From a virus, in IMG/VR virus record IMGVR_UViG_3300023174_000129, positions 1-64,000 of that record: a stretch of 64,000 nucleotides of DNA; one strand, 5' to 3'. This document shows, piece after piece, positions 49,650-59,851 of this stretch. A program made the position numbers and the translations under genes. The notes below the pieces were generated by a model. The model had not been told where the DNA came from. It ran no database searches and saw only the letters and a program-made list of their open reading frames with translations. Every line of letters starts with the position of its first letter. Within the stretch, counting starts at the first letter, position 1.

Positions 49650-51032
49650 TTATTCAATTTCTATATTCATTAATATATTACCAGAAGAATCATCCGTTAA
49701 GTATATATACGGATTCAAATCATATTTTTTAAATAAATTATTTAAATTTGATATATCTTCATAATTTTCCATAAATGGTGATTCTGCTGTCTTTAATTGC
49801 ATAAAAATTCTATCATTCGAAGCCTTTAATTTAACATCGTTATAAAATGTTAATCCTTTAAATTCAGTTAACATATCATAATTTCTTTCAACTATTTCAG
49901 TATTATATCCAATTTTTCTATTTACAACTAAATTTTCCCAATCGATATTAATACATGCTTGACATAATTGTTCTAAAAATGTTATATTAACATATTCTCC
50001 AGTTGTATGCTCTTTAAAATAACCAACAGAAACATTAGTGCACTCATTTATTACACCAATAAAATTTGCCGAATCTGTAAAAGAACCTGTATCATCTAAT
50101 TCATAATGTAATCCTTGATTAATTAATTCTTCACATAAACTATTAGCAAAAGCATCAGAACAAGTCCTTGTTAAACTTTGATGTGTAATAATTGAATGAT
50201 AATTTCTTCTATCAAAAGATACGCATTTAGTAATGCCTTTTATATGCTCACATTTATCATAATTTTTTGAAACTAATCCAGATCCTATACCACCAACTTC
50301 TTCGCCTATAAAGAAATAATATAAACCAGGTATATTATGTGCTATCATATATAACATGACAGCTACTCCTGCTTTATCATCCCCACTTAAAATGGTTTTA
50401 CCATCAGAACAAAAGAAAGACCATTCATCTTTTTGAAATGAAAGTAAATTAACTTTTTCTTGTATTTTGCATGCCGAATCAAAATGAGAGGTAAACATAG
50501 TATTACTATCTCCAATTTTTATATAATAATTACCATAATCGTCTAATTGTAATGGTAAATCAATAAATTTAAGAATCTCATCTTCTGTTCCATATGGATA
50601 TGTTTGATAACATAACGATTTAAATGTATAAGCAACATCTTTTGGATTATAGATAAAATCTGGTTTATCAAAAATTGACATATCAATTGTTTGATACTCC
50701 AAAGTTTCATTATTTAATACTTTCTGATTATAATCAAAAATAAATATACTAATTTCATTTTCAGTAAATTTAAATTTCGTAAAAAATCTATCCAAAAAAT
50801 CTCGTATAGCTATTTTTTCATAGGCTCTTTTACAATCAAAATAAGCTTTAAAATAAAATTTCGAATCTAAATCAAGCAAGCTAATACCTGTTTCAGTTTC
50901 ATTCATAAATGAACCTAATATAGCATAAGATATATTATCTGATATTTCCATTAATATACCTTCTAATCTTTTTGTATAAGTAAATGTTGTTTTAGATTGA
51001 TTTTTTTGTTTATATTTTCTTTTTCGACTCAT
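49650..51032 (-). CDS. M20/M28-family zinc peptidase-like protein
   Basis: TSHFDS, GDDKAG, GEEVGGIGS, FDRR, TDSA, VGYFKEHT; likely start 51032 just after TATCTTTG. Confidence 0.8.
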   Translation of the reverse strand: MSRKRKYKQKNQSKTTFTYTKRLEGILMEISDNISYAILGSFMNETETGISLLDLDSKFYFKAYFDCKRAYEKIAIRDFLDRFFTKFKFTENEISIFIFDYNQKVLNNETLEYQTIDMSIFDKPDFIYNPKDVAYTFKSLCYQTYPYGTEDEILKFIDLPLQLDDYGNYYIKIGDSNTMFTSHFDSACKIQEKVNLLSFQKDEWSFFCSDGKTILSGDDKAGVAVMLYMIAHNIPGLYYFFIGEEVGGIGSGLVSKNYDKCEHIKGITKCVSFDRRNYHSIITHQSLTRTCSDAFANSLCEELINQGLHYELDDTGSFTDSANFIGVINECTNVSVGYFKEHTTGEYVNITFLEQLCQACINIDWENLVVNRKIGYNTEIVERNYDMLTEFKGLTFYNDVKLKASNDRIFMQLKTAESPFMENYEDISNLNNLFKKYDLNPYIYLTDDSSGNILMNIEIE

Positions 51033-51143
51033 ATAACAAAGATAATGAAAAAAAATTAAACACACAAAACTATTTATTAATAATGTCTTTTATCGAAGAT
51101 CGGCAACATCATGATATAATAATTACTATTTAATATATATACT

Positions 51144-52424
51144 ATGGTTATTTTAAATGATATAAACAATCAGTTATTTTTAGATAACATCTTAGATAAA
51201 GAATTTATTGTATATGAAGATGTTAAAGGAACTTCAATTTATGTTAAATGGGATGGTGAAGATTTTATAATAAAACCTGATTTAAAAGCTGATCCTATAA
51301 ATTTTATTGATGATTCAATTGATACTTATTACGGAAAATCATATTATTATTTAAATAGTTTAGATTATCGTATAAAATCGCTTTTAAATAAAAAATGGTG
51401 GTTTAAATTTGAATATTTTCCAACTGATTTAAATACATATAACAGAAAACCTAAACATAATTTAATACTTTCGTCTATTATTAAAAAAGGCAAAGAAGAT
51501 TATAATATTGAAGAAATTGAAGAATATTCTAGATTATTTAATGTTGAATCTTTGCCATTTATATTTAAAGGTAAATTATCAGATAGACAAATTGAGGCTA
51601 TTAAATACTTCTTAAATACTTCTGAAGAAGATTTAGATTATGTATTTGGTGAAAAATCATTTTCGTTCTTTTTTTATAAATTATTAAATCCACAATTATT
51701 TGGTTCTTTTTTAATGGATAATGAGTTTAATGTTAATGTGGATAAAATTGTTTTAAGATCTAATGATGAGCAATTAAATTTTGCTATATTAAATCCTTTA
51801 TATACCAAAATAAGTAAATCTAATTTAACAACTTATTTAGAGGAATATTGCCTTATTCTTATTAATTTTGTTAATTTTTCACAAAGTATTAATTTACAAG
51901 ATATAAAATTAAAAGGTGAAAAAAGAAATGACATTTATACATATTTGATTTGTAGATTATTTAATATGTATATAGCAGAGGTTGGTGATGATATTTTAAA
52001 ATGGGATATTATTATTCCGGAGTTTTTTAATAAAGATAAATTTAGAATTAATAAAGAAATTATTTTAAATAAAATTGCCAAAGAACATTTATTAGAACCT
52101 AAATTTGAATATATTTTTAAATGTATTTATTTTTCTTTTAAATTCAAATTAAAAGAACCATTTGGTTTGATAACTGATAACATGTTAACTATAATTAATA
52201 AATTTATAAATGATATAGGAATGTGTATTGATGTATTTTTAAATAAAAAATCTGAATTTGAATTACAAAAACGTGGACTTATTAATGCGTCAGATTTTTT
52301 TGATATTAAATATGATAGTGATTCTATTGGTACTGTTTATCCTGATATTTATGATGAAATAAAAAGAGGTGGCGAAGAAAAGAAAAAAAAGAAAGAACCT
52401 ATTTCTAAAACTCCATTAAAGTAA
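51144..52424 (+). CDS. Hypothetical protein, possibly degenerate RNA-ligase-like fold
   Basis: IVYEDVKGTSIYV, FKFEYF, PFIFKG; lacks the motif I lysine. Confidence 0.4.
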   Translation: MVILNDINNQLFLDNILDKEFIVYEDVKGTSIYVKWDGEDFIIKPDLKADPINFIDDSIDTYYGKSYYYLNSLDYRIKSLLNKKWWFKFEYFPTDLNTYNRKPKHNLILSSIIKKGKEDYNIEEIEEYSRLFNVESLPFIFKGKLSDRQIEAIKYFLNTSEEDLDYVFGEKSFSFFFYKLLNPQLFGSFLMDNEFNVNVDKIVLRSNDEQLNFAILNPLYTKISKSNLTTYLEEYCLILINFVNFSQSINLQDIKLKGEKRNDIYTYLICRLFNMYIAEVGDDILKWDIIIPEFFNKDKFRINKEIILNKIAKEHLLEPKFEYIFKCIYFSFKFKLKEPFGLITDNMLTIINKFINDIGMCIDVFLNKKSEFELQKRGLINASDFFDIKYDSDSIGTVYPDIYDEIKRGGEEKKKKKEPISKTPLK

Positions 52425-52465
52425 TTTATCTTTTCAATATATTTTTCTAAAATAATAATTCTATA

Positions 52466-52491
52466 AATGGTGGTATTTTACCACCATTTTT
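52466..52491 (+). terminator. Intrinsic terminator
   Basis: aaatggtggta-ttt-taccaccattttt. Confidence 0.65.
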
Positions 52492-52641
52492 TAATATTTT
52501 AAATTCAAAAGTTCAATTATATATTTTTTCTTTTAATAATATAAATTTATTGAGAATTTCATATAAAGACAATATTAATAAGGTATTAGAAAAAAAATTA
52601 AACTAAAATAAAATTAGATATAAAAATTAAAAATAAAAATT

Positions 52642-53712
52642 ATGAATAAATTTATAAGATATATTGGTTCAAAAGAACCGTTAATTGAGTTTTTACTTGA
52701 AAACTTCAATAAGTATGCTGGAGATTTTAATTCTTTTGGAGATATGTTTGCGGGAACTAATGTAGTGTCAAAATATTTGTTGCCACATGTATCAGACATA
52801 TCATCATATGATATGTCTTCATACTCCGAGATTTTAAATTCTTTTGTTAATCCAAAAATAACAGATGATTTCATATCATATTTATATGAGTTAGATAAAT
52901 GCCAATTAGTAGAAGGAATTATATTTAATGAGTTTTCTGTTAATGGAAAACCAGAAACTATTGATTATAAAAAATTTGAATCGCAGGGCAAAAATTATCG
53001 TATGTTTTTTAATGAAAATATTGGTAAAAAAATAGATGCCATAAGAGAAAAAATATCATTTGATTTTAATAATAAATTAATTAATGAAGAAATTAAAAAT
53101 ATGTCACTTGCATTATTATTAAAATTTGCAGATATTAATGCAAATACCACTGGTGTATATGGCGCTTACTTAAAAAAGGAAAATAAAAAGCCAAAAGATT
53201 TCATAAACAATGAAATTATATCAGAACTTAAAAATATTAAATTTTATGAAAATAAAGTTGTTTCATTTAAAAAAATGAAAATCTCCGATTCTGTTAATGA
53301 TATATCATACAAAGATATAATATATTTTGATCCACCATATACTACCAGAAAATATGAAACTAATTATCATATAATAGATTATATTTCAAATTTGAATTTT
53401 TCTATTCAAGATATTAAGTATAATACTATTACAGGTCTTCCTTTAAATCAACCTGAAAATCCATTTGGGACAGTTAAAAACACAAGTAAAGCATTCGAAG
53501 ACATGATTGTAAAAACAATCGATAAATGTAGGTTTATATTCATAAGTTATAGTACACAAGGACTATTGAATCAATCTGATATTGAAAACATATGTAATAA
53601 ACATAATTTTACTTTAAATACTGAAAAGAAAGAATATAAAAAATATAAATCGCATAATAATGATGTCCAAGGAAATTTGGAAGAATTATTATGGGTAATA
53701 AATAAAAAATAA
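52642..53712 (+). CDS. Adenine DNA methyltransferase (D12/FokI-like)
   Basis: RYIGSK, DMFAGT, NTTGVYGAYLK, YFDPPY, SYS. Confidence 0.9.
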   Translation: MNKFIRYIGSKEPLIEFLLENFNKYAGDFNSFGDMFAGTNVVSKYLLPHVSDISSYDMSSYSEILNSFVNPKITDDFISYLYELDKCQLVEGIIFNEFSVNGKPETIDYKKFESQGKNYRMFFNENIGKKIDAIREKISFDFNNKLINEEIKNMSLALLLKFADINANTTGVYGAYLKKENKKPKDFINNEIISELKNIKFYENKVVSFKKMKISDSVNDISYKDIIYFDPPYTTRKYETNYHIIDYISNLNFSIQDIKYNTITGLPLNQPENPFGTVKNTSKAFEDMIVKTIDKCRFIFISYSTQGLLNQSDIENICNKHNFTLNTEKKEYKKYKSHNNDVQGNLEELLWVINKK

Positions 53713-53715
53713 AAT

Positions 53716-54660
53716 ATGAATAAACTATTTGATTGGATAGGAGGTAAAAAATGGCTTGCTTCTAAATTAGAAACTACATGTAGAGAATTATTAATTAATA
53801 ATTCTAATATTGAATATTATGTAGAGCCATTTTGCGGAAGCATGGGTTCCGTTATTGCATCTCTTAAAGTTTTCAAGAAATTTGGTATAAAAAAAATAAT
53901 ATTAAATGATATAAATACTAATTTAATAAATGTTTATTTAATGGTAAAAAATAAACCTAATGAATTATTTGAATTGATAAAAGAAATTGAGGAAAAACAT
54001 GAATCTCTAATACCAGATAGATGTTTTGGATTAAATAAAACTAAAGATAAGTTAATTCTTAAAGAATTAATGAAGGACGCTAATGATTATTATATAAATA
54101 TAAGAATTCAGTATAATAAGTTAAAAAATTCATCTATAGATGATGATATATTGAAATCTTCGGCACAATTTTTATTTTTAATGTATCGGGCTTTTAATGG
54201 TGTTTATAGAGAGAATAAAAAGGGTGAATTTAATACCCCATATGGATGGACAAATAAAAAAATAAATTTAAATAATAAATATGAAAATATCATAAGCTTT
54301 CACAATTTATTTAAAGAAATGGATATTATATTTTATAATATGAATTTTAATGAATTTTTGGAGAAATGTGTAAAAATACAAAATAAATGTCTATTTTATT
54401 TTGATCCACCTTACTTAAATGAAGATCTAAAAGAAAATGATTACAATAAAGACGGGTTTGGTTTAAATGAGCAGAAAATATTATTGGATTATGTTGATAA
54501 ATTTGATAATATAATTTATAGTAATCATAATTTAGAATTGTTTAAAACATTTTTCAATAAAGAAAAATATTCTATTGAAGTTGTTAAAAGGAAAAACACC
54601 ATGAGTTCCGATAACTCTACAAGAGTTAATGATGCTGAAGAAATTTTTGTTTATTCATAA
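53716..54660 (+). CDS. Dam-like adenine DNA methyltransferase
   Basis: WIGGKK, EPFCGS, NDIN, FNGVYREN, YFDPPY. Confidence 0.92.
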   Translation: MNKLFDWIGGKKWLASKLETTCRELLINNSNIEYYVEPFCGSMGSVIASLKVFKKFGIKKIILNDINTNLINVYLMVKNKPNELFELIKEIEEKHESLIPDRCFGLNKTKDKLILKELMKDANDYYINIRIQYNKLKNSSIDDDILKSSAQFLFLMYRAFNGVYRENKKGEFNTPYGWTNKKINLNNKYENIISFHNLFKEMDIIFYNMNFNEFLEKCVKIQNKCLFYFDPPYLNEDLKENDYNKDGFGLNEQKILLDYVDKFDNIIYSNHNLELFKTFFNKEKYSIEVVKRKNTMSSDNSTRVNDAEEIFVYS

Positions 54661-54679
54661 ACAAAAATTTCTTCAGCAT
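54632..54679. repeat. Perfect 23-bp inverted repeat overlapping the MTase stop codon
   Basis: atgctgaagaaatttttgtttat-tc-ataaacaaaaatttcttcagcat. Confidence 0.9.
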
Positions 54680-54708
54680 TTAAAAAGAAAAAAAATAAAT
54701 TTTTGTAT

Positions 54709-56046
54709 ATGAATTTATACTTACAAGGAGAAGAAGCCCCACACCAATTTAATCATGCAAATGTTATAGAGTGGATTTCTAATCTCAAAAAAACAAATAT
54801 TAACATTACTGATGCTGGTTTAATATTTAAACCAATAAATAACATTACTTATAAAATTGAAGGAATTACATCTACTTCGTATAATAATTTTTATTATACT
54901 TTATATAACAGTAAAAAAGGCAGTTTAGTTGATGGATTAATATTTGAGAGTGAAAAAATGCCTTCTCCCGAAGAAGATATACCAATAGCTGCTTTCGAAA
55001 TAACTAAAAATGATGGTTCGCAGCAGGGAAATATGTATGACCAGAGATGTGCTAAACAAGTTCCAATAATAGAAAAATATGGTAATATTCCGTATTTATT
55101 TTTGATAGCAGCAACAAAATTTACAATCGTCGAGACCGAAAATAGCTTCAGACAATCTCATAATTGCTCTATCGCCACTATAATTGCTATAGGAGGTGAT
55201 GTATGTATCAGTAAAAATGATAAAATTGGATATACAAAGTATAATCCTTCTTTTGTTTATGATTCTATTGAAAATATAGAAAAACAAGAAAATAAAAAGA
55301 AAAAAAACGGTGGAGTTCCTTCAAGAGTCAATTTAAAAGATAATAAAGTTTATATACAAGCAAATTTATATAAATTTAATAAAAAAACACAAAAAGAAGA
55401 ATCACATGATCCAAATATAGGTTATATATCTGGTAGAGCTTTTCTGATAAGAAAATATGATGATAATATTGAGATATGTATAGTTGAGCATAAAAAAAAT
55501 TTTTACTACTTTCAAAATAAAGATAACAAATTCACAAATATTCTCAAATTAGTTGGTGTTACTATTTTATTTGAAAATGGTATAAAATTAAAGATAGAAA
55601 GGGAAAATAAATTCAATAAAATATATTGGAATTACGCTGAAGGTATAGAAAAAATAGCAACTATTCGTTTAGAACAAATGATAAAAGACAATAAGGATTA
55701 TGAAGTATTATTTTCTAATCACGGAGGCTGTGAAAAATCAGACACATTTATTAATGGAATATCAAGCCAAACGAAACGAACTTCGGGATTGCCTGATTTA
55801 GTTTTCTATCAAAAATTACAAAATAAATTATATGTTATTGAAGGAGAAAAAAGCGAAAATTATAAAAAAGGCATTTTACAAATGAATAAAAAAGAATATG
55901 ATGAATTTATAGATAGAGAATTTTTGACTAAATTGCCACCTAATGTAAAAATTATTAAAAAAATATGCACATATGGTTCATTTAATAATGAAAAAGATGT
56001 AATATACAATATTACAAAAGAAGGCGTAATTAATTCTTTTTTATAG
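54709..56046 (+). CDS. Putative restriction endonuclease (PD-(D/E)xK-like)
   Basis: GLPDLVF...YVIEGEK near C-terminus; follows two MTases. Confidence 0.45.
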   Translation: MNLYLQGEEAPHQFNHANVIEWISNLKKTNINITDAGLIFKPINNITYKIEGITSTSYNNFYYTLYNSKKGSLVDGLIFESEKMPSPEEDIPIAAFEITKNDGSQQGNMYDQRCAKQVPIIEKYGNIPYLFLIAATKFTIVETENSFRQSHNCSIATIIAIGGDVCISKNDKIGYTKYNPSFVYDSIENIEKQENKKKKNGGVPSRVNLKDNKVYIQANLYKFNKKTQKEESHDPNIGYISGRAFLIRKYDDNIEICIVEHKKNFYYFQNKDNKFTNILKLVGVTILFENGIKLKIERENKFNKIYWNYAEGIEKIATIRLEQMIKDNKDYEVLFSNHGGCEKSDTFINGISSQTKRTSGLPDLVFYQKLQNKLYVIEGEKSENYKKGILQMNKKEYDEFIDREFLTKLPPNVKIIKKICTYGSFNNEKDVIYNITKEGVINSFL

Positions 56047-56110
56047 TGAAAAATAAGCTTATTTTTTTAAACTTTTTTTTCTTTTTTTTTATAAAATAAA
56101 AAGAAAAAAA

Positions 56111-56578
56111 ATGAGTAAATTTAATAAAACTAATTTTGTAATTGAGATGGCTTTAAATTGGGTTGATGGTCCAACGCTTATAAATGAATTATACAATAAT
56201 CATAAACATGAAGTCGAAAGAAAAAAAGATTCATATAAAATGAAAAATGTTACAAAAACAGATACAGAAATAAAACATCAATTAAGTGCGGAATTAACTG
56301 CCGTTTTTTCAAATAAAAAAGATTTTTTTGATTATGACGAAACCCAGAACTATAAAAGATGGAAATTAAATCAAAAAGGTTTAAATTACTATAATCAAAA
56401 TATAAAACCTAAAATTATAGCACAACACCTGCAACAGCAAAGTATAACTAAAGTGGTAAATCCACTATTAAATATTTTGAATAGTAATCAGTTGGTAGAT
56501 TGTATAAATAAAAATTTATCTAAATTAGACAAAATACAAATAGAAAAATTAAGGGAAATAGTTTCTGAATTCTATTAA
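56111..56578 (+). CDS. Hypothetical protein, possibly winged helix
   Basis: 155 aa; AAAC-N17-TATAAA upstream. Confidence 0.5.
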   Translation: MSKFNKTNFVIEMALNWVDGPTLINELYNNHKHEVERKKDSYKMKNVTKTDTEIKHQLSAELTAVFSNKKDFFDYDETQNYKRWKLNQKGLNYYNQNIKPKIIAQHLQQQSITKVVNPLLNILNSNQLVDCINKNLSKLDKIQIEKLREIVSEFY

Positions 56579-56616
56579 ATAGAAAACAGGAAGTTTAAAC
56601 TTCCTGTTTTCTATTT
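56577..56616. terminator. Perfect 40-bp palindrome / terminator
   Basis: aaatagaaaacaggaagttt|aaacttcctgttttctattt. Confidence 0.8.
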
Positions 56617-56620
56617 TTAA

Positions 56621-56782
56621 AAGACTAAAAAAGATTTGATTAATACAAAATGGATTATCTATGAAATAGATACTGATAAAACTAACATATCTTTATATAA
56701 AGACCCAAATTATATTAATGGATATTATACAACTGATAACATATCGCCTAATTCTATAAAAATAGTTTCAAAAGAAAATTAA
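56621..56782 (+). pseudogene. Start-less C-terminal remnant of a paralog of 23551-24225
   Basis: IYEIDTDKTNISLYKDPNYINGYYTTDNISPNSIKI aligns by eye with ILTIDVSKIKSNLNFYSDVNYPNGLFIDQRISPKYIIN. Confidence 0.6.
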
Positions 56783-56784
56783 TT

Positions 56785-57924
56785 ATGCACAAAATAAACA
56801 ATTTAGGTCAAGTTTTTACTCCAGAACATATTGTATCAAAAATGATTGGTTTGATTCAAAATGACAATTCTATTTTAGAACCATCGTGTGGAGATGGTAT
56901 ATTTCTTAAATATTTAACAAATAAGAATATAACTGCAATTGAATTTGATGCACAACATTGCCCTATTAATGCATTAAACATAGATTTTTTTGATTATGAT
57001 ATTAATAATAAATTTGATACTATAATTGGCAATCCACCTTATATAGCTGGTAAAAATATAATTAATTCAACATTATCTAAAATTAATAGTGATTTAATCA
57101 CTCATGGCAAATCTAATTTATATCTTTATTTTATAGAAAAATGCATTAATCATTTGACAGAAAATGGTGAATTAATATTTATTACACCAAGGGAGTTTAT
57201 TAAAACTACATCTTCAATAAAATTAAATAATTATATCTATGAAAATGGAACAATAACAGATTGGTATGAGTATGGCGATGAAATTGTATTTGAAGGATAT
57301 TCTCCATCAGTTGTTATTTGGAGATTTCAAAAGAATAATTTTAGTCGAAAAACTAATACTAATTTAGGTGAAAAGATTTTCACAAATTCAAATGGGCAAT
57401 TACTATTTTTAGATAGTAAAATAACTGGAACTAAATTAGGTAGTTTATTTGCTATAAAAGTTGGAGCTGTTAGTGGTTCGGATAAATTATTTGAGAGTAA
57501 TGATGGAAATATGGAGTTTGTTTGTTCTTATACAAATAAGACTGGAAATTTGAAAAAAATGTTTTATAACATTAAAAATGATTATATTTTTTCAATAAAA
57601 GACGAATTAATGAAACGGCGAATAAAAATTTTTACCGAAGATAATTGGTGGACTTGGGGAAGAGATTTTTACAAATCAGATAGAAAAAGAATATATGTTA
57701 ATGCTAAAACAAGAAATGATAAACCGTTTTTTATACATGATTGTAAAAATTATGATGGTTCTATATTAGCATTAATACCATTGACAGATGAAATTGAAAA
57801 TAATATAGAATTTTATTTAGAAAAATTAAATTCTTGTGATTGGGAAACTTTAGGATTTAAAGTTGGTGGTAGATATATTTTTAATCAAAAAAGTTTGGAA
57901 AATATAATTTTAGATTTAATATAA
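56785..57924 (+). CDS. N6-adenine DNA methyltransferase (gamma class)
   Basis: GQVFTP, LEPSCGDG, IGNPPY. Confidence 0.9.
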   Translation: MHKINNLGQVFTPEHIVSKMIGLIQNDNSILEPSCGDGIFLKYLTNKNITAIEFDAQHCPINALNIDFFDYDINNKFDTIIGNPPYIAGKNIINSTLSKINSDLITHGKSNLYLYFIEKCINHLTENGELIFITPREFIKTTSSIKLNNYIYENGTITDWYEYGDEIVFEGYSPSVVIWRFQKNNFSRKTNTNLGEKIFTNSNGQLLFLDSKITGTKLGSLFAIKVGAVSGSDKLFESNDGNMEFVCSYTNKTGNLKKMFYNIKNDYIFSIKDELMKRRIKIFTEDNWWTWGRDFYKSDRKRIYVNAKTRNDKPFFIHDCKNYDGSILALIPLTDEIENNIEFYLEKLNSCDWETLGFKVGGRYIFNQKSLENIILDLI

Positions 57925-59343
57925 ATAATCTTTCAAATTTTTACTTGTTATCGTTAAAAATACATCATTAGAATCCTTTTTATCAGTTAAAGTTTTATTA
58001 TTTAATTCTAAATAATTTATAAATTCTTTTGATTTTATAACTTCTATAAATTCATCAAATTTATCTTCTTTTACGTCAACTAAAATACCAGATAAATTCA
58101 ATATATCTTCATTTATATCTATAAAATATATACCTTTTGATTTTAAGAAAGTTAATGGTAATAAAATTCTTTTACCATTAACTTCTTTTAATAAACCCTG
58201 TTTTCTACCATAAGCATACCATTCATTATATTTATCAGCTTTACCTGCATCTCTTTTTAATAGTTCTTCTTTTATTGATAAAAAATAATTATAAGTATTT
58301 GGATAATTTAATTTTAATCTTTCTTGATTTATTATTTCTGAATTCTCATAAGGATATATAATCCAACTATAATCATCAGATGATTTAGATTTTGTAGCTT
58401 TAATAACTTTTTTACATATCTCTTTTTCTATTTTAAAACCATTTTTATAACAAAATTTTTCATCATAAGAATCAATTTTATAAAGATTGTCTTTTAATGT
58501 GGCTATACCAACGCTACAATAATTTATTAAATCATATAATTTATTTGTGCCTATATTTAATTCTTCAAATATCCATTTATCATCAGATAAATATGTTTTA
58601 TCTTTTGTAATATTATTATATTCTAAATTATCTGTAATATTACCACAAGTTAAAATGCAAGTATAAGTTGATATTGTTTCCCATACTTTTTTTAAACCAA
58701 AATCATATAACCAATTAATTCTTGGTTTTAAAAGATGTCTTAAAAATTTACCTGATTTAGATTTTATAAAAGAATTTGGAATAATAAATCCTATTTGTTG
58801 TGCTGATTTTAATGCCTTTTCAATAAAAGCAAAATATAAATCTACATTACCTAATTTAACAGAATCTAATTCTAATTTTAATAAATTTAAATAATTTTTA
58901 TCTAAATTTTGTATTCTTACATAAGGAGGATTTCCAAAAATTATATCATATTGATTGTTCTGTAAAAGAAAATCACCACAAATTATATTTTTTGGATCAA
59001 TAGTTATAGAATATTCATCAAAGTAAATATCTAATAATATTCTAAATTCGGCAATAAAAGTTTCGTTTATATCATAACACCATAAATTATTTTCAACAAA
59101 TAAAGCAAGTGATTCTGGTGTTTCTCCATTTTTTCTAAAATATTCTAATAAACAAAATATAAAAATACCTTTACCAACACTTGGTTCGCATATTTTTTGA
59201 TTGATTTTTGGCTGTAATCTATTAATAATTTTGTCGCATATTTCTTTATTTGTAAAAACAACGCCTTCTTTTTTTATTAGATCCTTATTTTTATCATCGA
59301 AATAACAACTTCTATTTAATATATCTTGTATCATGTAATACAA
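57916..59343 (-). CDS. N6-adenine DNA methyltransferase (Eco57I/TaqI-like)
   Basis: GVVFT, EPSVGKG, FGNPPYVRIQ, WYAYGR; start may be 59334. Confidence 0.9.
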   Translation of the reverse strand: MYYMIQDILNRSCYFDDKNKDLIKKEGVVFTNKEICDKIINRLQPKINQKICEPSVGKGIFIFCLLEYFRKNGETPESLALFVENNLWCYDINETFIAEFRILLDIYFDEYSITIDPKNIICGDFLLQNNQYDIIFGNPPYVRIQNLDKNYLNLLKLELDSVKLGNVDLYFAFIEKALKSAQQIGFIIPNSFIKSKSGKFLRHLLKPRINWLYDFGLKKVWETISTYTCILTCGNITDNLEYNNITKDKTYLSDDKWIFEELNIGTNKLYDLINYCSVGIATLKDNLYKIDSYDEKFCYKNGFKIEKEICKKVIKATKSKSSDDYSWIIYPYENSEIINQERLKLNYPNTYNYFLSIKEELLKRDAGKADKYNEWYAYGRKQGLLKEVNGKRILLPLTFLKSKGIYFIDINEDILNLSGILVDVKEDKFDEFIEVIKSKEFINYLELNNKTLTDKKDSNDVFLTITSKNLKDYLY

Positions 59344-59612
59344 ATATACAAAAATAAACTTAAAAACAAAAAAACAAACAATAATATAAATTATTATGAT
59401 ATGTTTTTTGGTGAAATGCTCACTGTAGATAAAAAACTTTTTGATTAGATAAACGGTAAAAATGGCTATACTCTAAATTAAATAATAAGTTAAAATAATA
59501 TTAGATAATAAGAATAATTCAAGAGGTGAGGATGCGGCAGAAATTTTAGTTTCATCAATCGTTTAAATGTAAACAAATAATGGAACATACCATATAAATT
59601 AAAAAAGTTTAT

Positions 59613-59849
59613 ATGGCTAAAAATTTATTTGAGAAAGCAAGAGAAGAAGCATTGTATAAAACATGTGAGGGTTGTGGTGAAAAAAAATCTATTGATGAAT
59701 TTAAAAAAACAAACAAATATTGTAATAATTGCCCCCATGTCAAGGAAATAAGAGAAAAATATAAAAATAAATATTTAGAAAACAATAATACAGAACCTAT
59801 TTCAGATATAGAAGATATAGATTTAGATGAATTTTTCAAAGATATGTAA
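59613..59849 (+). CDS. Small zinc-finger protein
   Basis: CEGC...CNNC. Confidence 0.6.
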   Translation: MAKNLFEKAREEALYKTCEGCGEKKSIDEFKKTNKYCNNCPHVKEIREKYKNKYLENNNTEPISDIEDIDLDEFFKDM

Positions 59850-59851
59850 TA

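Noticed and set aside
59397-59566. Possible decayed Dam-like MTase tail (NSRGEDAAEILVSSIV)
   Set aside because: Similarity too short and frame broken by stops; cannot be supported without alignment
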